A stretch of 64,000 nucleotides of DNA from Chrysomallon squamiferum (taxonomy: Eukaryota > Animalia > Mollusca): contig CM022665.1 of the NCBI GenBank assembly GCA_012295275.1, forward strand, positions 34,596,001 through 34,660,000, read 5' to 3'. Positions 1 to 11,890 of the stretch are shown piece by piece. A program made the translations under genes and the position numbers. The first letter of the stretch is position 1. Every line of letters starts with the position of its first letter. The notes under the pieces are model-generated. The model made no database searches. It saw only the letters and a program-made list of their open reading frames with translations, and was not told the DNA's origin.

Positions 1-279
1 AGGGCAGTTTATATGACTGTGCGATTTATAATATTAATTCTATTTTTAGTTTCAAATAATATATCAGCAACTTCTGTAATTAGGATGTGTTCTTGCATTT
101 AGAAACTTGAACTGGTTGGAACAGCTGATTGTCATTGCATTAAATCACTAATTATGTATTGTGTCACCATGTACTTGTTGATACCAAAAGTATTGTAATC
201 AATTACACTGAGAACAAAGCGCTATCACAGAACTCTGCCAATCTGATAGAAGTTTGCAACAAGTATAACCTATTGTTTA

Positions 280-434
280 TACACATTTTTTTACAGCAAG
301 AACATAATTTTCCACAACTTTTCCATAACTCAAGGTCACAAAACCTGATTTTCCAAAACTTTTAAGGTCATGGAAAATGCTGTGATGAATTCCCAAAACT
401 TTCCAATTTCTTTCTAAAACATGTATGAATCCTG
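280..434. mobile_element. Degenerate hAT-like MITE end in a HYLS1 intron
   Basis: Repeated TTTTCCA/AACTTT subterminal motifs end in GTATGAATCCTG (reverse complement CAGGATTCATAC, resembling a CAGGG-type hAT terminus). Only one end was seen. Confidence 0.3.
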
Positions 435-509
435 TGTGTGCGTATATATATATATATTATTTTTTTTTTTTTATCAGAATCGAAATTATGAATTGATTGA
501 TATAAATAC

Positions 510-1346
510 CTCCTGATGCTACTGTTGAATCTTTACGCTCCTCAGATGTGTTAACAGAGGTATCCTTACTACGTTCTCGTTCAATTAATCTCTGTAAATC
601 TGTAAATTCAATTTAAATAAATTTTCAAAGTATTTGTTAAAATTAGTTTGAAATAACACTCCAACTGCAAAATCAATTAACAAAACACATCATGAATTTT
701 TTTTTTAAAAATACAGTTACTAATAGCCATGTTCTTAATCCAGTGTTTTTCATTAAAATAATACAAACTGAAACAAGTAACAGTTTGTTCAGCAGAAAGC
801 AACAATAATTCTTAGAATAATTATATTTAACTATTATATGAAGAAAGGTTTAGTAATATTTAAGTCTAAAGTAAAATTATTTGTCTGGTCTTGTTCATCA
901 ATAACACTTCCTAAGTCTATAAAACATTTTGTCAGTTAAATATTACATGTTAGGTACAGGGTTATTATTTATCTGGCAAGCTTGGGGCTCAGTATATACT
1001 TAAAATATAAAATAAACAATGTAAAGTAAAGAACAAAATATTTGATACAAATTAATACACTTTGGAAGCCAGTTTTCTGCTAATTCCAATATTCTGGAAG
1101 CAATATAAATAGTCTAGTACGTACATTATTACTGTTAATATTATAGATTATTCTAATTCATGAGAAGGGATACTTAGTCAAACTACCAGTATTGGTAATG
1201 TAAGATCTAAGAAAAATATTTCACAAAAACTTGACTACAGATATACCTCGTTTAAAATCTTTAAGTTTTTCAGGTGCTACATTCTGATATCCCAGTCGTG
1301 CTAATTCTTTTTGTATTTCAGCCTCAGTAAATTCAATTGATTCCAT
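510..1346 (-). CDS. HYLS1: Hydrolethalus syndrome protein 1-like (centriole/ciliogenesis), first two coding exons; gene continues past the left edge
   Basis: Exons 1346-1247 (ATG directly after a ttttgcag acceptor, GT donor) and 599-510 (AG/GT) join in phase 1 to give MESIEFTEAEIQKELARLGYQNVAPEKLKDFKR-DLQRLIERERSKDTSVNTSEERKDSTVASG. This matches the HYLS1 N-terminal pattern F(S/T)xxEIxxxLxxLGYxNxxxExLxxFKRDL as I recall it. Confidence 0.8.
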
Positions 1347-1743
1347 CTGCAAAACATGTAAAAACCAAATATTAAGTCAAACATTTTATTTACATGTAGA
1401 ACATTTACATTATACAAAAATATAACGTTTTAACTTATATTAATCATTTAACAATGTAAGAATTATAATATATTATAGTAACCATAAGCTGACTATATGT
1501 GATATTCAATTTCAGTTGAGGTTTGATGTTGACATGTTAGGACCTGTATCTCTAAATTCAAAATTGAAACAAATTGTATTTGAAATTAATTTTATATTAT
1601 CGCAGCTTATTCACTTACATCGTAGAAAATGTTTGATTCCTTAATATCAATTTTCACCTTAAAGTCCAATTATATATAACTTTACATTCAAAATAAGACA
1701 TTTGCATGTAAACGTGTATCGCTAAATGTTATGACTCAAAGAG

Positions 1744-1757
1744 TTTCCGCCATTTTT
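1744..1757 (-). promoter_or_regulatory. YY1-like motif (AAAATGGCGG) in the presumed HYLS1 promoter or 5'UTR exon
   Basis: The minus strand reads AAAAATGGCGGAAA. A consensus minus-strand donor (GTAAGT, about 1613-1618) lies between it and the first coding exon, consistent with a non-coding first exon. Confidence 0.35.
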
Positions 1758-2800
1758 CGAAAACATAGCAGTAAACAAGACTATAATGAATAGACCAAAA
1801 TCCATTTTATATGGACTTACTTAAAGCAATGTCTATTTTAAAAAATGTATAGTTTCCTCCGTTATGAAATTGAAAAAGGAATGTTTTAGTCAGTGCTTTT
1901 GTTAATGATATAAAGATATTTATGTATATATATCAACAGAATCAAAACAAGGACAAAATAAATGACAAACACATAATTACAATGTACTATTCAGTTTCGA
2001 AAATTCAAATTTTATTAGGGAAGAAAACACACTAAATAATAATCATTATGATAATGATAATGATCAAGACGATCATGATGAGTAATGATGATGATGATGA
2101 TGATAATAATAATAATAATAAGAAGAAGAAGAAGAAGAAGAACGAAAGAACAAAAGTAAGAAAGTATCTAGAAAATTGATTACAACTTTCGTAGACCATA
2201 ATTTATTTTCGTTTAAGTCTCATTTTCTAAAACAACAACAATTTAGTTTTAATTTATTCAAGTAAGAAGTATAATAAATTCATTATTATTATTATTACAA
2301 ATAGCATTCAGAAATATAATTTTTTTATTATCAAGAAAACACTGGATTTAACATAATAGTATCTGTGGAAATAACAATTCTGTTTTTGTGAAACTTCGTT
2401 GTCCGAAAATGTATTCCGATTAGATAGCAAAACTGCTCCCCGTAGTTAACTGGGATGAGTAATCGGAAAACGTCATAGGTTTGTTTTTGTTTTTTTCTTC
2501 TCCATTTATTGTATCCCTTGTCAAGATTTGTTTTAATTTTTGAAGTATCATATGATTAATGCAGTCTTATCAGGTCTATTATAATTCAGGATGTTTATGA
2601 TTTAACATCATATTTCTAAAACACTGTAACAAAATGCAAATACTCTAATTAACGATACAGCTGCACTATGGCTGAATGTTGGGGCCTTTTTGGGGTGCAA
2701 CATAAGAGAATAAATTATAAAGGTTTGGCATTTAGATTTTAAATAACAAACAGATAGCGAAAAATGTGTGTTATAAAAATTAAGAGCAATACATTTTCAC

Positions 2801-2848
<48 letters not shown>

Positions 2849-3287
2849 TGTGGAGTAGGAAAATTATTATTATTTTAATTTGTTATTATTATTTATTATC
2901 TTTACCCTATTTTATTAGGCATTGTTGTTTATAACAAAGCCGTAACCGCTTATCCAGATATTTATTAGTGAACGTATATAATACATTTTATACTTTTTAT
3001 ACTTTGTATTAGCCTAAATTAATATATATATATATATATTCTAAAATTACTAAAACTTTACAATTGTTATATCTATTACAATTATTCTTTTTGTTTTCTT
3101 CATCTTTAAATGTTCTTTCTGGTATCTTTTAACTTATCGTTTGATACTGTTGGCATCCCGATTTTGTTTCTTCTTGTTTTCTTCATCTTTGTGGTATTTG
3201 TTAACTATCATTTTCTGAGGAGAAATACATTCGATGTTTTAAAACATAAGCCCTTAATTTTACCACATTTTATATTTGAGCTCAGAG

Positions 3288-4784
3288 ATGTTTGAACAAA
3301 GAAGGCTTTTAAAGGCTGTGGAAAGAAGAGAGCTGGACGAGATTCAGAAAGTTCTGGAAAGTGAAAATAATGGATGCAAAAACTGTATCGGAACTGCTAG
3401 TCTAACCCAAGCATGTACCATGAACCGCTACGACATCGTCGAACTTTTGCTGGAATACGGCGCGAATCCAAATTATAATTGCCGCGTGCACTCTGTACCA
3501 TCTTTTAATAAATCGAATGACTTTACAACACAGCAAAGCTGCAGTGACTTCGGTTGGCAGACAGAACAACAACATGAGATGAATGTTTCTAATTTAAACC
3601 CAGTATCGGTTACTGATTGGAACTATTGCTCCCCCGAAATGTCACAGAGTACCAGAAATCGTTGCTTTTTGATAGGCTTTAATCCTGATGAGAACTCGAA
3701 TGATTTCGAAATTTCTAAAACAATTCAGCCTGCCTATCGTTTTCTACGTTTCCCACTCAATGTCGCCTGTAGCATACGTGATATTGAGTACGATATTGTT
3801 AAGAAACTTGTTGACTGCGGAGCATCAATAAATTCTAAGGACGTTAGTGGTTTATCGTCTTTTCAAACGGCAGCAGAGGTGCAAGGCGCAGACGTTGTGC
3901 GGTATCTGTTAAAACATAACGCAGACATTAACTCTAACAGTGATATAAATGGCAAAACTGCATTAGCTCATGCTTGTGCTATGTCCAAGGATCCAGAAGT
4001 TCTTAAAATTTTGGTAGCAGCCGGAAGTGACGTAAACAGGATAGATATGTATGGCCAACACCCACTATATGAAGCGATTATGAATCCGTTCCTTGGAGAG
4101 GAAGCTGTGCACCTGCTAATTAGAGCAGGTGCCAATCTAAAACAAGACTATTTCATGATGTATGCAGTAACAGATGGAACGTATTCCATAATGGAAACTC
4201 TATATAAAAATGGTGCTGCAGTGGATAGATTTTTCACAGAAAATGAAAAAAATACTCTTCATGTTGCTTGTGAACGCACTTCTGTTCCAGTGAAACGCGT
4301 GGAGGCTTTGTTAAAGTGGGGCGCAGAGGTTAATAGAAAATGCCCAAGAGGACTTAGACCAATTGAATACGCTTGTCAAGATTTTCAGCTGCATAAAGTT
4401 CGTGTCTTAATGGGTTGGGGTGCTGACATGGATCTTTTGAAATATTTAACCTGCCCTGCTTGGAACTGGCACTTAGACTGGGGCAGCCAGTACATGGCTT
4501 TGATCAACTTACTGGTAGCAGGTGGGCTTGCTCTTGAGCAAAACTCATGTTCTCTTCTTATTCGGTTTATCAACAAACTGCCAGGCAGAAAAGGACTGAA
4601 AGCAAGAGTGGTCAAATTTTTGAAGACACTTTCTCAAAACCCTCAGAAGTTAACTCACTTATCTCGATTGGCAATCAGACGTTCTTTATTGCCTCATGTC
4701 GACATAAATATTGAAAAACTTACGATGCTACCTGAAAATGTTCGAACATTTCTTTATCTCATAGAAGAAATGGATACTTCTTAA
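3288..4784 (+). CDS. Ankyrin repeat and SOCS box protein (ASB-like), single coding exon, 498 aa
   Basis: Uninterrupted ORF. The first ATG is at 3288; the ORF-track start at 3276 is TTG. It has many ankyrin repeats (e.g. GKTALAHAC...VLKILVAAGSDVN, GQHPLYEAI...LLIRAGAN, NTLHVAC...LLKWGAEVN) and a C-terminal SOCS box, PQKLTHLSRLAIRRSL...IEKLTMLPENVRTFL. Confidence 0.92.
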   Translation: MFEQRRLLKAVERRELDEIQKVLESENNGCKNCIGTASLTQACTMNRYDIVELLLEYGANPNYNCRVHSVPSFNKSNDFTTQQSCSDFGWQTEQQHEMNVSNLNPVSVTDWNYCSPEMSQSTRNRCFLIGFNPDENSNDFEISKTIQPAYRFLRFPLNVACSIRDIEYDIVKKLVDCGASINSKDVSGLSSFQTAAEVQGADVVRYLLKHNADINSNSDINGKTALAHACAMSKDPEVLKILVAAGSDVNRIDMYGQHPLYEAIMNPFLGEEAVHLLIRAGANLKQDYFMMYAVTDGTYSIMETLYKNGAAVDRFFTENEKNTLHVACERTSVPVKRVEALLKWGAEVNRKCPRGLRPIEYACQDFQLHKVRVLMGWGADMDLLKYLTCPAWNWHLDWGSQYMALINLLVAGGLALEQNSCSLLIRFINKLPGRKGLKARVVKFLKTLSQNPQKLTHLSRLAIRRSLLPHVDINIEKLTMLPENVRTFLYLIEEMDTS

Positions 4785-6251
4785 GTGCGAAATGAAACGC
4801 ATTATCAAACGTTTGAATTTAAAAAAAATCCACCAGTCAGAATGATTTTTTGTTCCTTTGTGTGTTTTTAATTAAATTTGTTTAGAATATAATAAACAGC
4901 AATCGGCTTTACTGTTCGAATCATTCAATGCCTTTTAATAACAGAGGAAGCTTTAATTTTTTTTTATTATTATTATTTTTTAATAATGCTACTTATTTCT
5001 ATGATTTATTGATATTATTTATCATTTTATTTTAACATAAACTCAAAATACAAAGTCTTCATTTTTTGTCTTGGCTGTTTATTCTTGTCATTGGAAGATA
5101 CATTTCAAATATCTTTACTGTTTTTTGAAAATGAATATAGTTTAAATTTTTTTTTTTTTTTATATATCACATGATTCTTAAGCATATAATAATATAATAA
5201 CTATATAACTATGTTTAGTGTGCTTATTTCTAAATCTTCCTTCTTTCCTCTTCTTTCCTCTTCTTTCCTGCTTCCTTCCTTCTTCTTTATAACAAAGTGA
5301 TAAAGTTTCAGTTATTCATTTCTCGGTGTTAACGGAATAGTTTTGTTTGCAGTTTTGACATTATGATTGTTTTTAGCTGCAGTCAGTAAAACGTAAAGAG
5401 TAATAATAAAGTTTTAACATTAATTAATTTATTATTATTATTTATGTGTTAGAGTTTGTGTGTGTGTGAGAGAGAGAGAGAGAAAAATCGTGTGATGTCT
5501 TGGTAAAGTCTGGTATCTTAAAAACATACGAAACCGAACATAATTAACTATGTATTAAGGCCAGTGTAGTGATGTATTTATAAGACGTTATGTGTATCTA
5601 CTATTTATATATACTTAAAAAAAAAAAAAAGCTAGGACACATTTTCGTTTGCATTTAACTGTCTTGGGGTCAAGATGACATTAACTGTGACTCATGACAC
5701 AAAAATGTGACAGTGTTTTGAAATGTGATATAGCAATGTAAGAAAGTAATCAGCTGTGGAATATTTTATAGTTCCACAATAATTAACTTTTCATAATCGT
5801 GTTTGATTCAAAAGGAGCATTTGTTTTTAAATTATTTCTCTTTAACTAATTGTCACTTATCTGTTATCCATTCGAACAGAAATACATTTTATGTCCCAGT
5901 TTTTCTCTGAAGATGCCATTTCTGAATAAATTATTGGGTTTGCTAAACGACAGACACGATTTCTGTTGGGTTTTTTGTTGGTTTAAACAAAAAACAAAAA
6001 AATGTATATATATTTGTGGAAACAACGTTTCAGGGCAATGTATTTATATTTAAAGTCTTGTAGCAAGCTTTGGATTCAAATATAAATATGGTTGTTGGAA
6101 TAAATAACCTAAAAGATCGGTTTCTAAATATCTTCAACAGCGTGTTATCGTACAGGATATGGGACATGAAATAAAAAATGGAGCGTTTATGGAAAAAAAT
6201 AAATCAAAACAAAGTTGGTACTTAGTATTAAAAATAAATAGATAAATAAAT

Positions 6252-6290
<39 letters not shown>

Positions 6291-6310
6291 AATAATAATC
6301 ATCATCATCA
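6252..6310. repeat. Compound (AAC)n(AAT)n(CAT)n microsatellite
   Basis: Directly visible trinucleotide runs. Confidence 0.9.
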
Positions 6311-6380
6311 GTTTCCTTGTTTTTTAATTATTATTATTCTTTTTAATTCTTGTTCTTTTTTACTTCTTGTTCTCTTCTCT

Positions 6381-6545
<165 letters not shown>

Positions 6546-6652
6546 TTAATTATACCAAAGCCATTTGTTTGATATAATAATACTAAACTGTGCTGAGATG
6601 CCGTTAATCGGCCATGATTATTAACTGATTCATTATCCTGTCAGAATATTTA

Positions 6653-8036
6653 TGGCCCGCGAAGTCGACAACATAGGAATAACACAAATTAAACGTAAGA
6701 ATTAGGATAATAAAAATATAAACATATAGTTGTTATATATATGTAGTTACAAATCAAATTACATATTTATCAAGATGCCTTGAAGTTTTCTTTTATTTTT
6801 TGAAGACAAAAGATTGATTATGTTAAAAGTAGATTGTCTTGTATACAAATATTTCTTTAAATATGATACGCTAATACCATTATAAAATAAACATTTTGAT
6901 GCAAAATGGAATTCATCTTCAATGCCTCCTACACACACACCAAAAAAAAAACCCACCCCACACCAGTGGGTCAACTAAGAAGGTTCGATCCTATGTGTCA
7001 AGTATCCCACTAGAAAGGCTCTACCGATCGAGGTTAATCCGAATTCATATTGCTGGATACGTCGTGGGTATTACAGTCCAAAAAAAAATAAATGTTCCAT
7101 ATGATAATACAACGTCAGCGTCACCGAACAACTCCAAGTTCTTGTCAGTTGTGAAGATCAGTATTAGGTCTCCTTCCTTCAGTTCGGTGTAGTAAAGGAT
7201 CTCCTCCCTTGGTGAGGTTCCCCTCTCCTTCTAAATTGATATCCTGTCTTGTCTGGGTTAGTCGGGGTAGGGTTTTGTGTCGCTGTCGCTATTGTATCGT
7301 CTTAATGGCACGAAAATGTGGAATCTCAGTTAACAATCTATTAGGAACAAAGTCGCGGTTTTTCCTGAGATTGGAAATCTCATCGGCGTAAATCTTAGGA
7401 ATTAGCGTTCTTTCCATTTTAGCTCGACCTGCTTAATAAATAGCACCGCCGCGTGGTTGTGCTCTATCCGGTCTGCCATCTGGAGCATGTTGTCCACAGT
7501 CACGACGTAGGCTCTGTATTGCGACGTAGTACATCTCCAGTAAATTTTCTCTCCACACTTTCTATTTACGCGAAATTTGTGCTGGTTGTAATACAAATGT
7601 CGTCCGCCTATTAATGTGTCGATAAAAGTCACTCTAAATTGTGCAGCTGCCATAATGTTAAATGTGAAATAGTTTTCCATTTTGATATAGAACTTTATAT
7701 AGATTAAACCGGGAACAGAACCAATGTACAAGTGCCTGCTCAGTATAAGAGAAAGATAAATTTACTACCCAAAACAGTAAATTGGTTGAGCATAATACAA
7801 GCAAATAAACAAAAAAAACAAAAACACTAAGGTATCTACTCACTTAATGGAAGCCTAATTACAAATTCTACCCAGGACAGTAATCACGTAACATTCTACT
7901 TCAGGGTTCTCATCTCACTGTTAACAAAATAGGCGTCTCGTAACTGCAGAGCAGAACTTACACACAATTAGAAATGTCTATGTCTTATTCTACGTCATGG
8001 TACTAAACAAAATAGATTTGTCGACTTCCCGGGCCA
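6653..8036 (-). mobile_element. Degenerate Mutator-like (FLYWCH-MULE) DNA transposon with 19-bp inverted ends
   Basis: TGGCCCGCGAAGTCGACAA (6653-6671) matches the reverse complement of 8018-8036, TGGCCCGGGAAGTCGACAA, with 1 mismatch. The minus strand encodes a FLYWCH-type finger (GGRHLYYNQHKFRVNRKCGEKIYWRCTTSQYRA...HNH, ATG at 7653), then disrupted MULE-like sequence (TLPRLTQTRQDINL...LILIFTTDKNLELFGDADVVLSYGTF). No TSD was found. Confidence 0.72.
6759..6925 (-). mobile_element. 3' fragment of a non-LTR retrotransposon ORF2 (C-terminal zinc-knuckle region)
   Basis: IEDEFHFASKCLFYNGISVSYLKKYLYTRQSTFNIINLLSSKNK resembles the IEDEFHFLLxCPxY...KKYY...F.ELL tail of CR1/L2-group LINEs. Confidence 0.6.
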
Positions 8037-8530
8037 ACACTCCGAGGTATATGAATATTTTAAAATCATTTTAAACCTGTTTTACCTTTAATTTTCTAAT
8101 TTCCTAATGAATTATAACATTCACCGTATTCAGTCAGGTATGATTACAACTTGATTTCACCTTATTATTATTACTATTGTTGCTGTTGTTGTTGTTGTTA
8201 CCAGTAGCTGTAATAGTACAAGTAGTAGTAAATAATAAAAGTAGTAATGACAGTAGCAATATCAGTAGGAATTGTAATAACAGCAGCAGCAACTAAATCT
8301 GTAGCAATAATAATAATAGTAGCAGAAGTGGTAATAATTGTAGTTGTAGCAGTTGTAGTGAAAGTAGAAGTCACAGTAGTAATTGGTACTAATTGATGCA
8401 GAGCAATTTAAGAACATATGTAAGTATATTTGAGCGTAAATGTTCAAATGTATATTTATATATTTGGATATGTCTGTTCGTTTTGTACCTATGTGTATTA
8501 TGTTTCTCCATGGATGTGCATTGTATATAT

Positions 8531-8860
8531 GGGGTACGGAAAAAATGGCACTGTGAAAAAATGGCACCCGAAGAAATGGCACTGTGCATTATATATATAT
8601 TTGTATGTGTGTGTATGTGTATGTGCATATGTGTAAGATTAAACTGATGTAACACTGTATTTTGTTAAGCAAAACCAAGTGGCTGAGTGATGCTATATAT
8701 AAATAATAACATACATACATGTATGTAACAATATTACATGAATAAACCGTATTTTCAAAAGTACTTTTAAGTTTTTTTTTAAAGCAGCTATACAGAAAAA
8801 ATAAATAAGGGCCATTTTTTCTAAATCTGTACAATGCCATTTCTTCCGGGTGCCATATAC
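8531..8860. mobile_element. MITE / foldback non-autonomous element with iterated AAATGGCAC motifs
   Basis: ATGGCACCCGAAGAAATGGCACTGTGCA (8561-8588) is inverted at 8828-8856 (reverse complement ATGGCACCCGGAAGAAATGGCATTGTACA). The left arm has three AAATGGCAC copies. Confidence 0.6.
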
Positions 8861-9887
8861 GTAATAACAATAATAATACTATTTTACACAATAAAGGCTT
8901 CAGTATTATATTAAATATTGTATATTGCATTAAAAATTAATCCATGGTAGTTCTGAATGGGCGTCAAAATTTAATAGAATTTTAACAAAATAAGTATATT
9001 TAGATTAGATGAAAAAAAAGATGAAAAAAAAAAGTAGATTTTTCTTTATTATTCTTTGTCTTCTTAATATAATCTGGTTTTACAAAACACCTGTTCGTTA
9101 TGACTCCTAGTAATTTTTCAATTTCTCAGCTATATCGAAAAATTTAATTATCGTAAATAAAACTGAAGAAATATGTAAATCCTTGATTTAAAAGGTAATT
9201 AATGGCTAGGTTAAACTGTTATCTGATCCCAAATTATTACATTATTATTTTAAATTATTGTTTCATTAAATTGTTTATTTTTGTTTCTCTCTTCTCTTCG
9301 ACTTTTTCTTTTCTCTTTCCCTTCCTCATCACTCTTTCTCTTTCTCTCTCACCTCCTACTGTTTTTTTCATTTACTTGTAATTCTGCACCACGTCAAGAT
9401 GAAATATCACTAGGAAATATCACAATACAACTAATTATTAATACAGTAATAATTCAAGTGTCGTGATAAAAACAAAACCAGGGATTTACATTTCAACTGA
9501 AACAATGTGAAATACAACGAACGACAATGCTACCACATCAAGTATTTCTGCATTAGAGCCAAACTAAACACCGTCATAGACGACCAAAAGACTAATAAGC
9601 CAATACCAATACTAACGGCTATGTAAGTATAATATTTATAGTATATTTATCACTGGATTATTTTTAAGGAATTATTTCGGGAATGTTAGCAGTGTACAGA
9701 ATATATCATTTTTGTGTTCGGTTTCTGGCGTCTGTCTGTCTAGCAATGGAAACATTAATGCACAAGTTGGCTTACATAACCAGTGTTCGGTGGCTTGGTA
9801 AAAGAAATGTTATCTTTAACTTGAACATCCTCAAAGCGTAAAATGGTTTTGTATGCTTTAAAGTTTATGCTTTATTTATGTTTCTGA

Positions 9888-9926
<39 letters not shown>

Positions 9927-11504
9927 TAAAAAATTAAAATAAAAAAAAAAAACCCAGAAAATCTCTTGCTTCTTTAGTTTTCTAATTTCACAAAACTGCT
10001 TCTTTAGTTTTGCAATTACCTTTTCCTGTAATCATTCATTATAACTATGTTCAAAACCAAATATGGTTGAACAGATACAAACTCGAAGAAGAAGAAGAAG
10101 GGGGAAGACATTTTAATTTACTTTTTTAATTTATTTATTTACTTTTTAATTTACTTTTTATTTCTTCTTTTTTTTCAACTTTTTAATATGTGTATTTCAT
10201 TTCTAAATAAAAATACATGCATGAAGATGAGGGCAGCGTTTGAATTGTGAAATAAATGAATCATATTGAGTTAATTTGATTAGCCTAATAACTGCAAATA
10301 TATATTCTGAAGTGAGAAAAAAAAGAATTACAGTGTCACATAATTTAACTATGTATTTCATCAATGTGTACACTCTGCGTAACATTGAATATAAAATAAG
10401 TTTAAATTTTTTTTTTTTTACTTTTTATTTTTTTAATTTAATTTTTTTTTTTGGTACAGTTATGTAGTATACTGCGTCGTATAATATACATGTAATCAAC
10501 ATGCTTATAAGTATATGAACTTCCTATATCATGGAAAGGTATACACCGTGTTTTGATTAGCGCTGACAAAACAAATGATAAACAAAGTCTGGAAAGAACG
10601 TATACTGGAAATTAACTATGTACAGCATGGAAAATAAAAACATACACACATACATACACATACACTCTTAAATAACAACAATTAAAGAACAGCAGGACCA
10701 GATAGCCTTATATGTTCTTTCTGTGTATATCTGAAGTATAGTTTCTTAAGGACAATTACATTTAATAAATGTATTCCTTATCTTATTTTAAGATTTTGTT
10801 TACCATTATTACATGGATCTTAAACAATTTTATATATTTATTTATTTATTTATTTATGACTACTATTACTATTATTATTAAATTGAAAAAGAGGTTAATG
10901 ATAGAAAAAAAAAGAAAAAAAAAACACGGAAAGAGAAAATGAGAAAGAGAGAACTATTTTTTAATAATCGAACAGAGAAAGAAATGGAACAAAACAAAAC
11001 AAAAAGAAATCATGCCTAATGTTTCTGATAATAAGTAACCAATACAGAGTATTAGTGACAATTTTGTGTAATTATGGAAAATATGTTCAGCCCTCTATAC
11101 TAATCATTGCAGTATTAACACAAAAGAACGTATATAATCTTATTGCAGTTTACCTATTTTCATCAGTCATGAAAACTTCGGCTGAACTAAGGTTTTGCCA
11201 TGACGGACGTCCTTATACCTTGATTGGATATAAGAATTATTTTTTACTTATACATCCTTTAGTTTTATCTGCACATTTGTACTGCACATTTTACTGTACT
11301 GAAAAAGTGGAATGGGAAAACAGAAAAATAGTTTTATGCTACTGCTTTAGAAAGGTGGGTGATGGATTCCTGATACTATTAGCTGCCACACATAATTAAT
11401 GGAAGAGATCTAAAATGTCTGTTCTAATTTATTTTTTTAAGTGTTTGATAGACCGAGCGGACTAGAGACCAATTGCTAAAACGAAGCGCTAAGGCATAAT
11501 GTCA

Positions 11505-11890
11505 CAAAATCAATCCCCTTAGTGTAAATTACATCCTATTCCAGCCAGAGCCCACCACTGGTTTTTAAAACGTTGTTGTATCTTCTTCTAGTCTATGGGA
11601 AGGTATATAAATAACAGTATATTTGCTATTACTAGATAAGAGCAGTTAATGGAGTGGGAATAGCGGGTTTTCTCTCCAATATATTTATTACGTAATACTG
11701 GCATCTATTAACCTGATTACCTCCCATCAGTCATATGCTTACTTGTCATACAGTTTATAACAACACAGGTCAAGGTTTTCTTACTGCTTGACTGCTTTCC
11801 AACTTATATGACTATTGACTATATAACTTTTGGGAGGATACCATTAATCTTATTACGAAACAAATTAATGTAGTGAAGTGTTATTAAATA
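11505..11890 (+). mobile_element. Degenerate SINE copy
   Basis: Has the core blocks TTCCAGCCAGAGCCCACCACTGG...TCTATGGGAAGGTATATAA...TTGCTATTA...AGCGGGTTTTCTCTC. Related blocks recur near 17.6 kb and on the minus strand near 33.6 kb. Confidence 0.5.

Noticed and set aside
8262-8930. Cluster of overlapping 68-113 aa ORFs
   Set aside because: They arise from low-complexity repeats and the MITE, and have no recognisable domain or splice context.
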